From NCBI GenBank assembly GCA_010405405.1, contig MU004238.1, forward strand, positions 1,003,530-1,067,529: 64,000 bases of DNA. Direction: 5' to 3'. The notes beneath the pieces were generated by a model, which saw nothing but the letters and a program-made list of their open reading frames with translations, did no database searches and was not told the origin of the DNA. The stretch comes from Microthyrium microscopicum. Lineage: Eukaryota. The position numbers and the translations under genes are program-made. This document shows positions 1-13,843 of the stretch, piece by piece (positions within the stretch are counted from its first letter, which is position 1; each line of letters starts with the position of its first letter).

Positions 1-552
1 GATTAGTTTGAACGCTATAATTTTCAGGACGTACTGCCGTTGATTATTTCTTTTTCGAACCGGACGCAAAGCAGATCTCTGGAAACACCAGAAAGGCTAG
101 AGGTTCACGAAAATCGATTGTGTAAATCGTGTAGTTGCGTTATCTTCAATTGGATGATTTTATGATTGGGAATGTCCTTGACAAAATGGGAGCACCTGAA
201 GATTGTGACTATATTTTCTAACTGTTTTGATGTCTTGTAGACATATGATGAGAGCCACCCAGAACCGTCATGGTCACGCGTCACAACGCTACCTGGTACG
301 GTAGATATAATACATCGTGTCAATATCTCTTAATGATGCGCAACATGGACATTATACACAAGCTGCGTGCTTGAAATGCACCTTCCCAAACGCCTCCTAG
401 CTGCAATATGCATATATATCAACAATAAGGTAGACAAGCTACTACGCTATGAGTAGTGTCCAGTACAATAAACGTGCAAGCTTCTTTTTCATGTCCAACC
501 ATGGAGGATCGCTTGATATAAGAGACTTGCAAATGCAAAAAGCGAAGGGCCA

Positions 553-2971
553 TTATAGCCGTATGGGCTCGCGGAATGGAACAGTCACTGGTTGGCCTTC
601 CATCTTGACCCAAAAGGTCAAAGGGTCGTTTCCAACCTTTTCACGCTTCGCGTTGGCTGGTGTGGCGGCTTCTACTGGAAGAGTGACTGGTATGGGTACT
701 TTGCACTTGTTTTGCGTGGCGGTAGTGACAGTGATGGAGATGACTGAGTTTCCATCGTCCGAGTAGTTCCATAAAATACCCGGACTGCATTGATCGCGAG
801 ACATGCGGTCCATGAATGCCTGCGCGGTATCGTCATGTTTCAGAGTGATGATGGGCCAATCCGTGCTGATAAAAATATTAGCATGCTGCAAACATTGGCT
901 ATGGTATTACAGGGCCTGGAACTTACAGGCGAACCATCTCCTGGGTGACAATTTCGGTCCATGTTTGCATAAGACCGAGTTGAAGCTCCACTCCGTTCAC
1001 CATAGTGGTTGGGACATCAGCCACTCGCAAGTTGGCTTGATGGAACATGTACCTAAACAGATTAGCTGCTTGCTTGCGATCAGAAATAAAATCGACCTAC
1101 GGGTCCCAATGAAGACCTAGCAAATACTTCGTATTGGTATTTCTTGCGTCGTCCAACAAGTGCTGGTAGTCACCAGAGCCACCAGAAGTAGTTGTCCACT
1201 CATTCAAGGTACAATCGGGAAGGTCACAATTATAGTATATCGTGGTAGCCCATCGTGGCATGATGACCAATCCTGGGTAACCGTTGACAGCATTCGTAGA
1301 GATTGCTGGCCAATACTCATTCTGCTGATTCCGTAGAATAGGACGGGTGTTATCGCCAACAACGTGTTTGATACCATTATCCATCCACGCTTTGATAGTA
1401 TCTGCGTTATGTAGTCCAGTGATAGCTGGTGGAATAAGGCCGGCAGTGGAATAGCGTTTGGCAGCGGAGATGCCTGATTGCTGAAGCCACGCGCGGTTGA
1501 AAGAGATTTCTTTCGATGCATCGGCGTAAGTGGCATTGTTGAGGGCCTCATGAGTGCTTGTACGGTTAGCTATATCCTCGTTATGGACATGCATATGGAG
1601 GACTATACTTACAATGTGTGAGAGACGTGCATGAATGCGTCCCGCTTAGTTGGGTTCTTGAACCATTGCATCAATGGATCAAGATTAGCGCAAGTTGTTG
1701 ACCAGCGATAAACCTGTGGAGCGGCAGGCCAGATATCAACTCCTGATCCCGGCAGTTTGACGTACTCGAGAACAGTATCGACCTGATCTGGATATTCTAT
1801 CGCTTCAATTGGGTTGCAAACGCCTTGCTGATTTAAAGCAACAGCAGCCTCGATATCACCATTGCCGTTGTGACCGATCTCGACCATATAGTTGGAGCCT
1901 TTGGGCAATCTGCGGTTGATGTCTTTCATCCAGGTAATATGGTGCTCTAAATCTGATGGTCGAAGGCGGAAAGTTGAACCTTGAGGTTGATACAAATCGG
2001 TGACCAAGAACATATCATCAATCTGAGTGTTGAGATAAACTCTCCGGAAACCAGCATCTATTGTGATGTTAGAGGTGAGCAAGTTGCTCATATGGATTTA
2101 AACTTACATAGTCCCCTAGTCATCCAATGAATCCATGGATGCTGTAGGAAGTTGGAAGTTGCGGCCCAATCGGTACCCCAGCCAACAAAGAATGCCATTT
2201 GTTCTCGGCCATCCTGGCTGTTAATGACAGCTATGATAGAGTTAGCCGACTATAGAAACGGGATGAAGAGTTCTAGTCATACCAGCCGTTGTTCTCTCAG
2301 TGAATGGACCACCGGGTTCAAATGCACCAATCTCCCATGTCCAAGAGGAATTAGTTATTCTGGCGGGATAGTGATAGAGACCCTGCGTGCTGCTACCAGC
2401 ATAGGTTTTGACGTTTGCGGTTTGAAAACCAGTGTTGTTTGTGATGCTGATGAGCTGCTCCACACCCGCGTCGCAACAACCAGTTTTATCAATGGCAGTT
2501 GTTGTACCTGGAAGTGAGATATAAGTAAGGAGCATACTTGAAGGAAAAAATATATCTACCGAATTTTGGACCAGGGTAAACGTCTAAACGTATCATCCGA
2601 ACCTTGAACTTTTTTTGATATGTGTATAATTGTTCCCATTGAGGATCTGTGAGAGCACTTCGGAAGCTTCCACCACCATAATCGTACGAGACATCTCCCA
2701 AAATAACGACACCACCAAAATTTCCTTGTGTTGGCGAAGATTCTAATGTGGGTAATGTTGCTCCCGAGAGAGGAACGACTAAAACTCTGTATGGAATTCC
2801 GTAGCCTTGAAGACCGGAGTGCGCTGTCCTAGCCGAGTCTATATCTCGGGCGATGACGAGGACTGTCGCTTTGGCCGAGTTTGCAGCAGAGACGATAGAT
2901 GTGAATATTCCGAGAATCGCTATCAACAGCAGAAGGCGCAGAGAGGGGAGCATGCTCCAGGAGGGAGCCAT
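553..2971 (-). CDS. agd3: Agd3-like galactosaminogalactan deacetylase (CE18), secreted, multi-exon
   Basis: Spliced ORF pieces give a signal peptide (MAPSWSMLPSLRLLLLIAILG...), then ATVLVIARD...GYGIPY, RRVYLNTQIDDMFL, EIGHNGNG, HVSHTF|THE (joined across a GTAAGT..AAG intron near 1558-1612), IMPRWATTIYYNCD, FMFHQANLR, and a C-terminal PLTFWVKMEGQP. Divergent from the gtb3-like gene, as in the Aspergillus GAG cluster. Confidence 0.88.
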
Positions 2972-4569
2972 GCTGGCAGTGTTGTGGTATTCGAAGAGTA
3001 TGCGATGAAACGAGAGACAGAATAAGTCAAGACTGAAGGAAAGAAGAGCGGGAGATTTGGCAAGTCGTAAAGAGTGTTGAAAAAACAATGTATTAGACAA
3101 GAGACATTCTACTGGAGGAGAGAAATTTGGCAGTGCCAAAGCTTCCGCGGGTTATAGCAGGGCAACAGAAGGATATGAGAGAACAGCGCCGGTCTAGTTC
3201 AGGCACAATTGAGCAGACAGGATTAGAGCATAACATGCGAGATGGGATTCTGGAAGCACAGAGGAACAGCGTGCCAGTGAAGGATCCTGTTAGTCAGGAC
3301 CATGAAAATACATTGCAAATAAAGCTAAGTTTGTCGTGACCATCACAACGGGAATTAATGGTCAACCTGGTGACGAGTTTGCATGGATAGATCGTACAAG
3401 GGAATGTGAAGCAATAAAGGGCAAAGTAATATGGAGCGAAGCAACGACAGCCATAAAGAAACACTTGTGGCCGAGGTCTCAAGCAGAGTGCTGTAGTAAT
3501 TAAAAGATGCTGGGATAGGAGACCAGGCCTTGTAGTAAAGACAAGTTAAGAAGATGAATATCAAAAACCCCTGAGGACCGTGTGTGTGTCCGTGTCCATT
3601 GGATGTGTGTCAAATCTTGAATCTTGAAGGCTAGCCCCCAGAGGGTCCCCAGGTTTCATACTTTCGTCCACGTTGTGGCGTTGTTTCTGCTACCTATACC
3701 GCTCTAGTAGTAGTAACCGCTATTTCGTACCTTAGTACTCTTATAACGTCTATACGGCTGACAGGGCAAACCTTTCGGACTTCGGTCGTCTAATTCTCCC
3801 CACAACTTCTTCTTTCACCAACCTTGCCATGGCTTTATAAAGCAGTGATCAGTCTATTCTACCTGACTTCTATAGACGCTTGTTTCCGTCTTGCTTTCGG
3901 GTTCTATCCCGTATCGGCGCATGGAAATGACATAAAAATAGGTGGTTCCAAATCAAATTGCTCCGCAATCTCCATTGTGCCTGCGGGTAGATGCTGTTTC
4001 GTTTATATGGTCATCTACATCTGGACACGCCTCAGCCGCCCAGATGAAAGCGGCAAATTCAGTTTTACCCCGACGCTGTGCGGAACCAATAGCGATTATG
4101 CACCAGCTTGGTAATAGAGAAGCTTCCACGGTACATGGACTCTAAGTAATGAAAATGTTTAGCTGCGAAACCCTACGCAGTGATGTCTATGCCAGTGCCC
4201 AGTATTGTTGTGCCTGTTTGAGTTTGGGTACGGTTGTCTTGCTATCTGTACCGCGTGTGGCTATCGGCATCCCCCCAAATTGCTAGACTTGGGAATTTCT
4301 GTAGCTACTGCTCAAGCGATCTTCTAGTTGCACGTGTTTTACTCGTTCATTGTATGGTGCCTCCACTTTTTGCAACCAATTTCTGATATCTACTACCATC
4401 ATTTGTTCCCAAAACACCACCGTTATCTACGGCTACCATAACCTCGCCATGACGAATTGAAACTTGCAAAACAATCTCTCAGCCAGTTTGGTTTTCTTTC
4501 CAGTCATCTCTTAATTTTTAATTTGACGCTTCTCGTCGATCGAGTCCATGACTGGAAGACTCGTCCTCG
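2972..4569. promoter_or_regulatory. Divergent intergenic region shared by agd3 and gtb3
   Basis: 1.6 kb without a credible ORF between two head-to-head start codons; no specific sites identified. Confidence 0.5.
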
Positions 4570-7500
4570 ATGGCATATGTTTTGGAGATACATCCCTTCC
4601 AAGGCGGTAGGAAGGTGCAAAACTGGTGGCAATATGCTTTAGTAGCCGTCATTGGAGCAAGTGGACTGGCTGGACTCATATCTGTCGGTTGGTTTCTTAT
4701 AACGCTTTTCAAATCGTTACTGCGGGTATGTAGAAAGCTCCGTAGAATGTTCTCGCAGGAGACTGACGTTTTGATAGAGGAAAACAGATTCCAAGGATAT
4801 ACCGAAAAGAGTCCAGCAACGTCTTGATCAACATTTCGAACACAACCAATTTCCAATAAGCAAAGCCACCCGTGATCTTCCAAGGCCTTCTTCGTTTGGC
4901 GTATATCTAGGCGCCTTCTCCCATGAAATAACGGAAGATGTTACCACTCTTTTCGGCGCTTACGATCTTATTGTACTGGATCCGACAAGACCTGGTGTTC
5001 TGGATATCCTAGACGATGGAAGGGTTCAATTGCCGGCGCATATTGTTGCAAGACTGGATCTATATCAGATGCTAAGCTCGGATTCTATGGGAAAAGCCGA
5101 GTCTATGCTGAGATCGCTCGAAAGAGTTTTGGCTGCCATAGAAGGTACATTCTTGCGAAAATCCGGCAAAGAGAGCCAATTTACGGGCGTGATGCTTGCC
5201 GGATGGCACAATCTGATGCAACAACCGGTTCTTAACGCCCTCACAACATATCTCGGAAAGTTAGGCCTTGACGTTTACTTGGAGATTGTGCCTCCACATT
5301 TTCTCGACGGAATGAAGCGGCCAGACTTTTCCCAATTTGCAGGTGTCATCATCAAGAATGGTACGATATTACCAAATGGTGAAGTTCGCGACTTCTTCCA
5401 GATGGAAAAGATGAAATCAACGGTGAAAGAATTCGTCTCTCAGTCTTGCCTTCGCCCTTTTACTGTTATGATGTGGGACGCTGTGGACGACAGGATAGAA
5501 ATTTCGCATGCAGTCGTCAAAAGAAGCTATCAGTGGTGTAGTTATCACGGCGCGCTGGTCTGGATTGGATCAGAATCATCAGTGAGCAATGTCGCTGCAA
5601 ATGTGGCCGTAGAAGAACCTCTAGCCGCATTCCAGTGGCTCAAAGATCCAAGAGTCATGAAAATACACGAGGCATTTAGGAAAAATCGGTTACTAACCTC
5701 AAAATACTTCCCATCTTCTGAGCATTTCGCTGCCCTCGAAGCTCTCATTCCTGGAATACAGCATATTTTGATTCGATGGGGAGCAGACAGCACAGAATTA
5801 AGCTCATCCTCCACCTTGAGTCTTCAAAGCTTTGAAGACGATGGCAACCTCCGCTCGACCTCCGGTAGCGATACACTAATGGATCCGAGGAGCGGTATCG
5901 AATGGAGTGCGGGTATAGGTAAATCAAACCTTGACCCTCTGTCATCATCGCCAGTTGGCACGAATTACACTGGGCTTGGTTGTTTTCCTATAGGCTTTCA
6001 AGTCTCTGAAGAGTCTTTCGAAGAAATCGTGAGATCCCAGAGACGACTGAGAAGACTGGGACTACTAAATCAGTTGCCTTCGGCCAAAGTGAGAGACCTC
6101 GCAATCCAAGTTCACTCATACCTCACAACAACACAAATCAATACTGCTTCACCAACAATTCGAGCCCTCCGAGAGTTCGCGGACTTGCTCGGAAAGGCCT
6201 CAGATCTGGATCAGCTAAGCGACCCAATCCAGATATTTTTCGGAATTGATTCTGGGTTTCATGCGTCGCAGTCTTCCCAGTTCTGGTCTGTCTATGAAAT
6301 TGACCGAAGATCTGGAGCTCTCGTAATATACATCTCCAAGAACGCGCAAAACGTCACCTCAACAATACTACACACTTACTTGAGCAGTAGAGGCCTGTCC
6401 AGGTATCATTGCCTCCTGACAGAGTACGATTATCAGGATCCTGGAACAGTGCATGGAACACCACAAAAGCTACCAGAGCGCATGCGTCAAGATCTTACCA
6501 TGCTGTCGCCAACTGATCTGCTTTTATTCGTACAGCAGTATAGATTTTCCAAGTGGGATGCTGATTGTCCTTTGCTGACGTCGATAAAAACGGCTTGCAA
6601 TGAAATTCTGTTGGATATGCCATCATTCGAGCAACTCAAGGAGCATGGAAATGTCAACTATCTTGATAACACAATCTCCACCGAGGAGCTGGTCGATTCG
6701 AGAATAGAATGGTACGAACGCCATGGATTCAAAAGCCTAGGAGCGGATTCCGCATTGGACATATTCACCGACACTCACTATGCTTTCTGTGATATCCTTC
6801 ACTACAAGCTACATAACAACCTTGATGCTATCACGGACGCGCTTGAGGCAATGATACTGGACCCAAAGACAAAAGAAGCTAGAGGCGCTTTGGATCCCTT
6901 CTCAGACATAGTGGCATTCTCGATCTTTTGCGCAGCGAGAAAAGCGGCCTTTGAAGAAGTATACGTCGAAGTCTCTGACCGAAATCCGTTATTCAACGAG
7001 TTTTCAGACCAAAGTGCTGCATTTGCAGAGCTGTTTGCACTCGGCTCTCGCTGTGAGGCATACTTCGATCTGTCGCCCAGTGAATTCGGTAAACTCCTCT
7101 CATCCAGACATCGAGCCTTCTATTCTCAACCGCAGAACCAACCTCCTATGTGGATTCATAATGCTCCCGCGTTTGCATCAGCATACGCAGCAGCGCAGAC
7201 AGATATTGACCCGGAACAGAAGGAGAGCACCATGCCTGGCTATCGGAGATTTACTTTTCTCAGTGTCTTCGCTATTCCAGCGCTTGTAGATATTATTCTG
7301 CTGACAACCACAGGGCGAGGATTGTATCTCAGTGCTTTCATGACCAAGGACGAACAGCACAATGCAACACTCGCCCTCATGATTTCTCTGCTCCTTTCTG
7401 GAGCAATAGGAACCTGGATCTCTATTGGAGGCACCTACTACCTCATCTCAATGGCCTTTTCAGCAGCCAACATGTTTATCCTCACACGATTGATTGGCGG

Positions 7501-10500
7501 GCTCTCTCTTACCCTTCTCATTGCACTATCTGGTGGGGCCATCATCAGCGGAGTTCGTGATTTCCATTCCGGTGTCATTTTCTTCTTTTACCTTATAGTT
7601 CTCACCAGCTACTTGTCCGTACTTGCTGCGCTGTCAAGCTACCAATTCCCTGGTTCTTCATTTTTAAACGGAAGAAAGGTCATCATTGCGGTTATTCCAA
7701 CCCTCATGGCTTCTCCAATAATTACCATGTTTGTTCCAGGCCACGACTCAACGATATATCTATTGATTCTGTTCTTGTTCATCACCTTGTTGGTTCTAGG
7801 CCTCAGAAGAGTTGGGTCTTGGTGGGTAACATGGATTTCCAAAGTCCATACAATTGACGACGCAGCTGTGAAGGCTTGGTTTATCCAAAACAGAGCAGAA
7901 GGAGATAAGAAGGCATTCGATAACATGACCGAACCTGCCGCCATGAATCTAAGTCGACGGGCCCTCGCCGCCGCTGTGGAAGCTGAAAGGGAACGACCAT
8001 TCTGGATCAAATCAAGAGCTGATTCACTGGTACAAAAGTTGGTCGAGTCTTGGGAAGCTACCGTGTTCTTACTGGAATGGTATTGTCGGCAAGGCGATTT
8101 CAAACGTCCAATGCCTTACAGCTCGACCTGGAATATCGAGGTTCGAGTAGCGTTCGACAGCTTGCAGCAGAATCAGAAAGGTATCAGGCTTCATAACTCT
8201 TTTATCCACTGGCGAATTGCTGGTGATGAGGTCGGGGCAGGTATCTTGTACTTCCTGGTCGCACTTTTGGACCGATGGGTTGAGCTTATATATGGTGATC
8301 CTTTGGTCGGGCTTTCTGATAACGAAAATTCTTCTCTTCGGATCGCTGTAGGTTTTGGTCTAGCATACTATCTCATTGGAGCAGTGCTTCTCGACTACAA
8401 AGCGCAGCACTTGCATCAACTGGCAGAGGAATCGACTCCCATCACTATTCAATCCAAGGAGTTCATTCGCGCAGCTGAAATATACGACGCCAAAGTCAGA
8501 AGGAAACTCTACTGGACAACGCTGTTTCGATTCCTTGGTGTTCATGTCTGGGCTTTAGCACTCAGCGCTGCCTTGGTGTGGATCTTTGATGGCAACAAAA
8601 CTTCCTTCATCGCCTTCATCGCCTACGTTCTCGCATATACTGGACTCCTGCTCTATCAGTACAACAAAATCTTCTCTGGCCCTCACGCTGTGATGCCGTT
8701 GATGGTGGCTCTACTCATAGGTATGCCCCTGGGTTTCATTCTCAAGGATATGAGCAAATCGACCAATGACCTGGTGGAACTGGTTCCCGGAGTACCACTT
8801 GATGGCAAGAATGAAAGACATTTTGCATACAACGATGTCCTCGCTCTCGGCGTAGCGACGTGGACTGCAGCAATACTCTCCTTCAAGACGGCCAAAATTG
8901 GCGTCCCGAAGAAGCTCTCCCTAGATGATAATCATACCTCTCGCTCATACCACGCCTATGGCGGTCTTGGAATCGACCAGAAATGGAGTCAAGCAGAGCT
9001 GGAGGCATTCTATGAAGGAGTCACCTCTGGATCAAATCGCGAGCAATTCCTGATTGAATCCGACAGACATCCTGGCAGCGAAATCAAAGCGCTTTTACAC
9101 TCTTGTAACGAGGACACTCTTTCTTCTGTCGCCTTGGATGCCTTTCCAAATATTTCGGAGCTGATTCGCCGCATAATAACCGCCTGGGACCGTGGAAATA
9201 TAGTCATTGAACTCATCACAATGAGAGACGTTATTCCGGCGGAGGCAGATGTTCGCGCCCTGAGTTTCTTTAGCGCAGGACGGCTTCACATACTCGTGGA
9301 GCCAGAAGAAATTGTACAAGAAAATCTCGACCGTTATAGTATGATGCCCAATAGAATCAGCAATAACTGCCGGGTGGTCGCAGAGACCTTGCTTCATGCT
9401 GCACTTGAGAGCTTTCATGGATTTTCTCACGATCATGCGGTGGTATCAGAGTCCATATTGGTTTGTCGCTACGTAAACGAGGAGATGACGAGAGTTCCAG
9501 AGAGATTACTGCGAGCATTGCCGACCTCACTCAGCCCCCAAAAGAAGCATTCCTTCCTAATGTCAACTCGACAAGAGTTGCTGAACTACCTCTGCTATGG
9601 GCTACCCTGCGACACCAACTGGGAAAAGATGCCACTCGACATCCGCCGGCTGATATTGATGAGATGTCTTGGAGAACCAACTTCCATCACGGAAAGCCAG
9701 CTCATCTGGCTTGAAAAGACGTTAGGTGGCGAAAATGGCTGCTTAATTGAAACGAGAATTGCTCGTTTTGATCTTGGTGCAATTCTTACCGTTCACAAGT
9801 TCAATTACTTCAAGAAGCAACTGGCGAAGCCTATGAGCGAGAAGACGACTACAGATATAGCTGAAGATTTCCAGTGGTTGAATATGGCGCACAACATCTC
9901 GGGAGAGGTGACAGCAATGAAGCATTTGTACTGGGCTATCAGGAGACCAATCTCACGACTATACCATGCGGTTGGGAAATGGATCAAGTTTGCAGTCATC
10001 GCTCCAATTGCCGATCCAGAGTACCAACGGGAGCTCGCCTTTTTCCTCTCTCGACACAACAGATTTATTCGGCTACCAATTCGATACGCTTACACCTTGT
10101 TATGGATGTACGCTCGTAGAGCTCAAAGCATCTTGATTCCATGGTTCGTATTTCAAGGCAGAAAGGAGCTGAAAGACCTTTGGAATAGCCTCAAAGGAAC
10201 AGTGATCACGCTGAAGTCGGGAAGACTGACCATTCACTCCTCAGAAAAAAGTATGACAGCTTTCATTCGCAGTGGTGCAGGAAAGACTTTCAAGCTGTTC
10301 TTTTACTCCGGCATCCATGACAAGGAGCCACAAGACGCTAAGGTCCTCTCAGTCAGCTCCTACTCCAAGGACTTCAGGCTCACTTCCCGAGAGGAGTTCA
10401 GAGATGGCATCTCAATTAATGAGTACGTCTATGAGTACCCAGTTCGACGCGTCAAACATCGGGATCGGAAGCTTTCGCGTGTTGAAATGACTCGCGTTCC

Positions 10501-13500
10501 ATTATCCAGAGTTTGTGTTCGAGGAGAAAATCAAACTGCCACGCATCAATATAACCACAAAGGCTTCATCGAATCCGGTAGCTACATTCGCCATGGCAAT
10601 TTGGTCCGTTTCAAGTACCATTACCGCAAGAACGCCAAATACGACGATGAACTGCTTCGTGCTGAATTCGTTTTGCCCCATTTGTCTTGCAATGTGAGTT
10701 GGGCAGCGCCTCCAGTTCGTCATCCTGAGAAGCCAGAGCGATGGATTCCACATTCTCGAGTACAAGAGGCGACTTTTGTGCAAGGATCGGACGTCTATGA
10801 GTGTATTTGGGTTTATAACCATCAATATCACCCAGTGATTAACACCAAGCTGAACGGCTACCCGGTGGAAACTCCGGAGATGATTCGACACGATTGGCTC
10901 GGCCTTCTCAAAAAGCCTGTTGGTACTTCGTTCCTGGAAGATAATCCTCTTCTGAGCTTTCCTACTCTCAGAACCACGTTCTTTGGTAGATGGATCAGGT
11001 TCAACACAAAGCTGATGCCTGCCTCTACCTCTCAGAAGCGTTCACAGCTTTGGAAAGTCTGGAAACAGAGATCCGACATTGATGGTGTGATCATTCGATG
11101 GTTGGATGAACGACTTCTTCGGGAAGACGAACTGCTCAAACCATACTGGCGTCGCCGTGACCGAGGCTCTTTGATCAAAGCTGAGGATTATCTTGCGCTC
11201 CATGCAGATACAATTACCGCAAGCTCTGAGTTATCGAATGATGTGTCGGCTTGGACTCCTCTAGCTATTCGACTAAGCGATCTTTTCAGTTTCGGCCAGG
11301 GTGGTGATGCAGTAGTGTATACTCGGACTAAGACGCTACAGCCTGATACCGACGATACTCTTCACGTTGTTGCAGTTGATACTGGAACATGGCCAAATGA
11401 AGGTGGTGGTGTTTCTGCATGTCGTCGCGATTTAATCAACAACTTGCGAACTATCCGATGGAATATGGTTGTCGAATCAGCCAACGATTTCGGCTTGCCC
11501 AAGCATCAAACCCAAGAGAACGTGGAATCGCTCAAGGTTATTCCTCTCTGGGGTCTTGATTTCATGCATCCAGTTCACGGCATGTTTTTCAATAAGCTCG
11601 ATAGCGAGGTCGATCATCTCATCAAAGATGCCACAAGAGACGACATCCGCCGCAATTTTTTACCAACCTTGACTGCACTCGTCAAGGGTGCTCGAGCAGT
11701 GACACTGTCTGATGCGGATGTAAAGCAAGCGACTCGAGCTTTGGTAAATCTCAACACCTATTTCCAAGATTCTCGTCATTGGAAGGAGGTTTGGGAGAGC
11801 GACACTGTGAGGGAAACCTGGCGAGCTCTTTGGCTTGCCGACGACATCAAGAATACCAAACCACCCTCAGAATGGTTCGATACGGAGCGTCCGACGCTTG
11901 GTCATCTTGATTCCGCATTGGAGATGTGGTTCCGCCATTTATTCATTTTCTCAATTCCGATCCCAGAACGAGTTCCGGCAGTCTTCCAGGCTTCACATCA
12001 CAGCGTTTCTGCCGCATATGGTATCGTTCTGAAGATCAAGCGAAACTGTGTGCTCCAGATTTGGGACCACGCCATCAGTTGGCGAGAGACCAACCTGTAT
12101 CTGTCTTCTGCTCTCTGCACTTTGCCGCCATTTATTCGCAATTCCCTGCTTGGTCTGATGCGTCTGACCTCCATGTTGACGCTTCATCACGCCGATGCCG
12201 TTTTACCCTGCGCCGACTTCTTCAATCCAGGCTGGGAAATTGAAATTGGCACATCCCAAGGCGCCATCCAGCACCGCAATGTCTTCAAGCGCAAAATCGA
12301 TCCAATCGTCAACGGTATCACCGACATGCAAAAGTTTGCCCCAGTCACCGAAATTACCACTAAGAATCCCACCGTCACCATGTTGTCGCACGTCTGGTTC
12401 GCCAAGGACATTAAGACTGCGCTGCTTGCTGCCGATATCATAGTTCACCAGTGGGGCTTTACCGATTACCAGCTCGACATCTATGGCGCCCTCAACAAGG
12501 CTCCTGCCTACTCCTCTGAGTGCCAGGAGATCATCGCAACCAAAGGTATTGCCACAAATGTGGCCCTTCGCGGCACTGCCGATCCGGGCATGGTTCTCGG
12601 CCGCACCTGGCTCTTCCTCAATTCCTCTGTATCTGAAGGGTTGCCATTGGCGCTTGGCGAGGCTGCACTAACTGGTGCGCCTGTGGTCTGCACCGATGTA
12701 GGCGCTTCACTCCGTGTGCTCACACATCCCGAGTCAAACGAACGCTATTCTGAAATCGTGGCACCCAACGATGCGCTTAGTCTTGCACGCGCGCAAATAA
12801 ACATGCTCGCTATGCTAGGCAACTGGGCCCAGTACGCCGAAGACGCGCCGGGCGAAGCTGCCCCAATACTACCAATTAAGCCAACCGCCCGAGATGTCGA
12901 GCTCATTACACAGCGCATGTACGACAAGAGCGACCAGCGGCGAGCGCTAGGCATGATGGCTCGTAGCATTGTCCAGACATCTTTCAGTGGTGAGCGATAT
13001 CTGCGTGAGCACGAGCAGATGCTGTGGGTTGGCAAGTCGCGGCATGAAGCGTATGGTGTAAAGAGCCGCCAACAAGAGCCATCAGCCTCAGAACTTCGCG
13101 AGCTGGGTGCAGCTGCGGCGGCATTGGGCGGTGGAATGCCAGGTCAACGAACATATGCCGAGGTGGTTGATGCGCAGCTGGAAAAGATGGCTCATCCACG
13201 GCCGCCGTTCCTGGGCGGTGGGCGGCAGCGAAGTGGCACTGGTGGATCGAGTTTCACCAGTGTGTATACCGACACATTCAGCGACCAGATGTCTATGATG
13301 ACACCGGGCAATAATCCTTCAGGCGCGTTGCCTAGGAGTCACGGAGATGCTTCATCTCGTAGTCGACCTGCAGCACGACGAGGATCCGAGTCTCAAAAAC
13401 TGAGTTTCCAAGCGAGGCTGAAGGATCGTGAAGGCAAAATGAGTCGAGCGGGCAGTGGACATAGTCGATATGTGCCCAGCCTGTTGAGTGAAGTGCAAAA

Positions 13501-13525
13501 CGCATCTGATCTGCGAAACCCGTAA
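4570..13525 (+). CDS. gtb3: Gtb3-like GAG synthase: large membrane protein with C-terminal GT4 domain, ~2967 aa, one intron (4726-4777)
   Basis: Exon 1 (4570-4725) encodes a TM helix. A GTATGT..CTGAC..TAG intron joins it in frame to the 2831-aa ORF. A central multi-TM block is followed by GT-B motifs (TMLSHVWFAKDIKTA; NSSVSEGLPLALGEAALTGAPVVCTDVG, the EX7E motif). Confidence 0.9.
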
Positions 13526-13843
13526 AAGGACCCAACGTCTCCTCATTACTTTTGTTTTTCATGTCATTCTCATCCCATATCTTCTCTGTAATATTTCTTG
13601 CTTTATACCAAAATACCATCCGGCGCATTTGATGGAGTTGAATCTAGACAAGGTTGTCCAGACTGGATTTGTTTATTCTGTTTTGCATCAGCCTGCATGG
13701 GAAAGGAAGACATCCAACATCAGATTGCATATGTCAAAAAACTCTGTACATATATACCAATCACAGCGCTTGATTCTCAAGGTACTTCACATTAACTAGC
13801 CTTCGACGCACCTGGGGTATCTTATGTCGTGAATTATCAATGT

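Noticed and set aside
5030..5032. Track start of the 2831-aa ORF
   Set aside because: It is a TTG inside exon 2; the frame is open upstream to the splice acceptor at 4777, and the ATG is at 4570.
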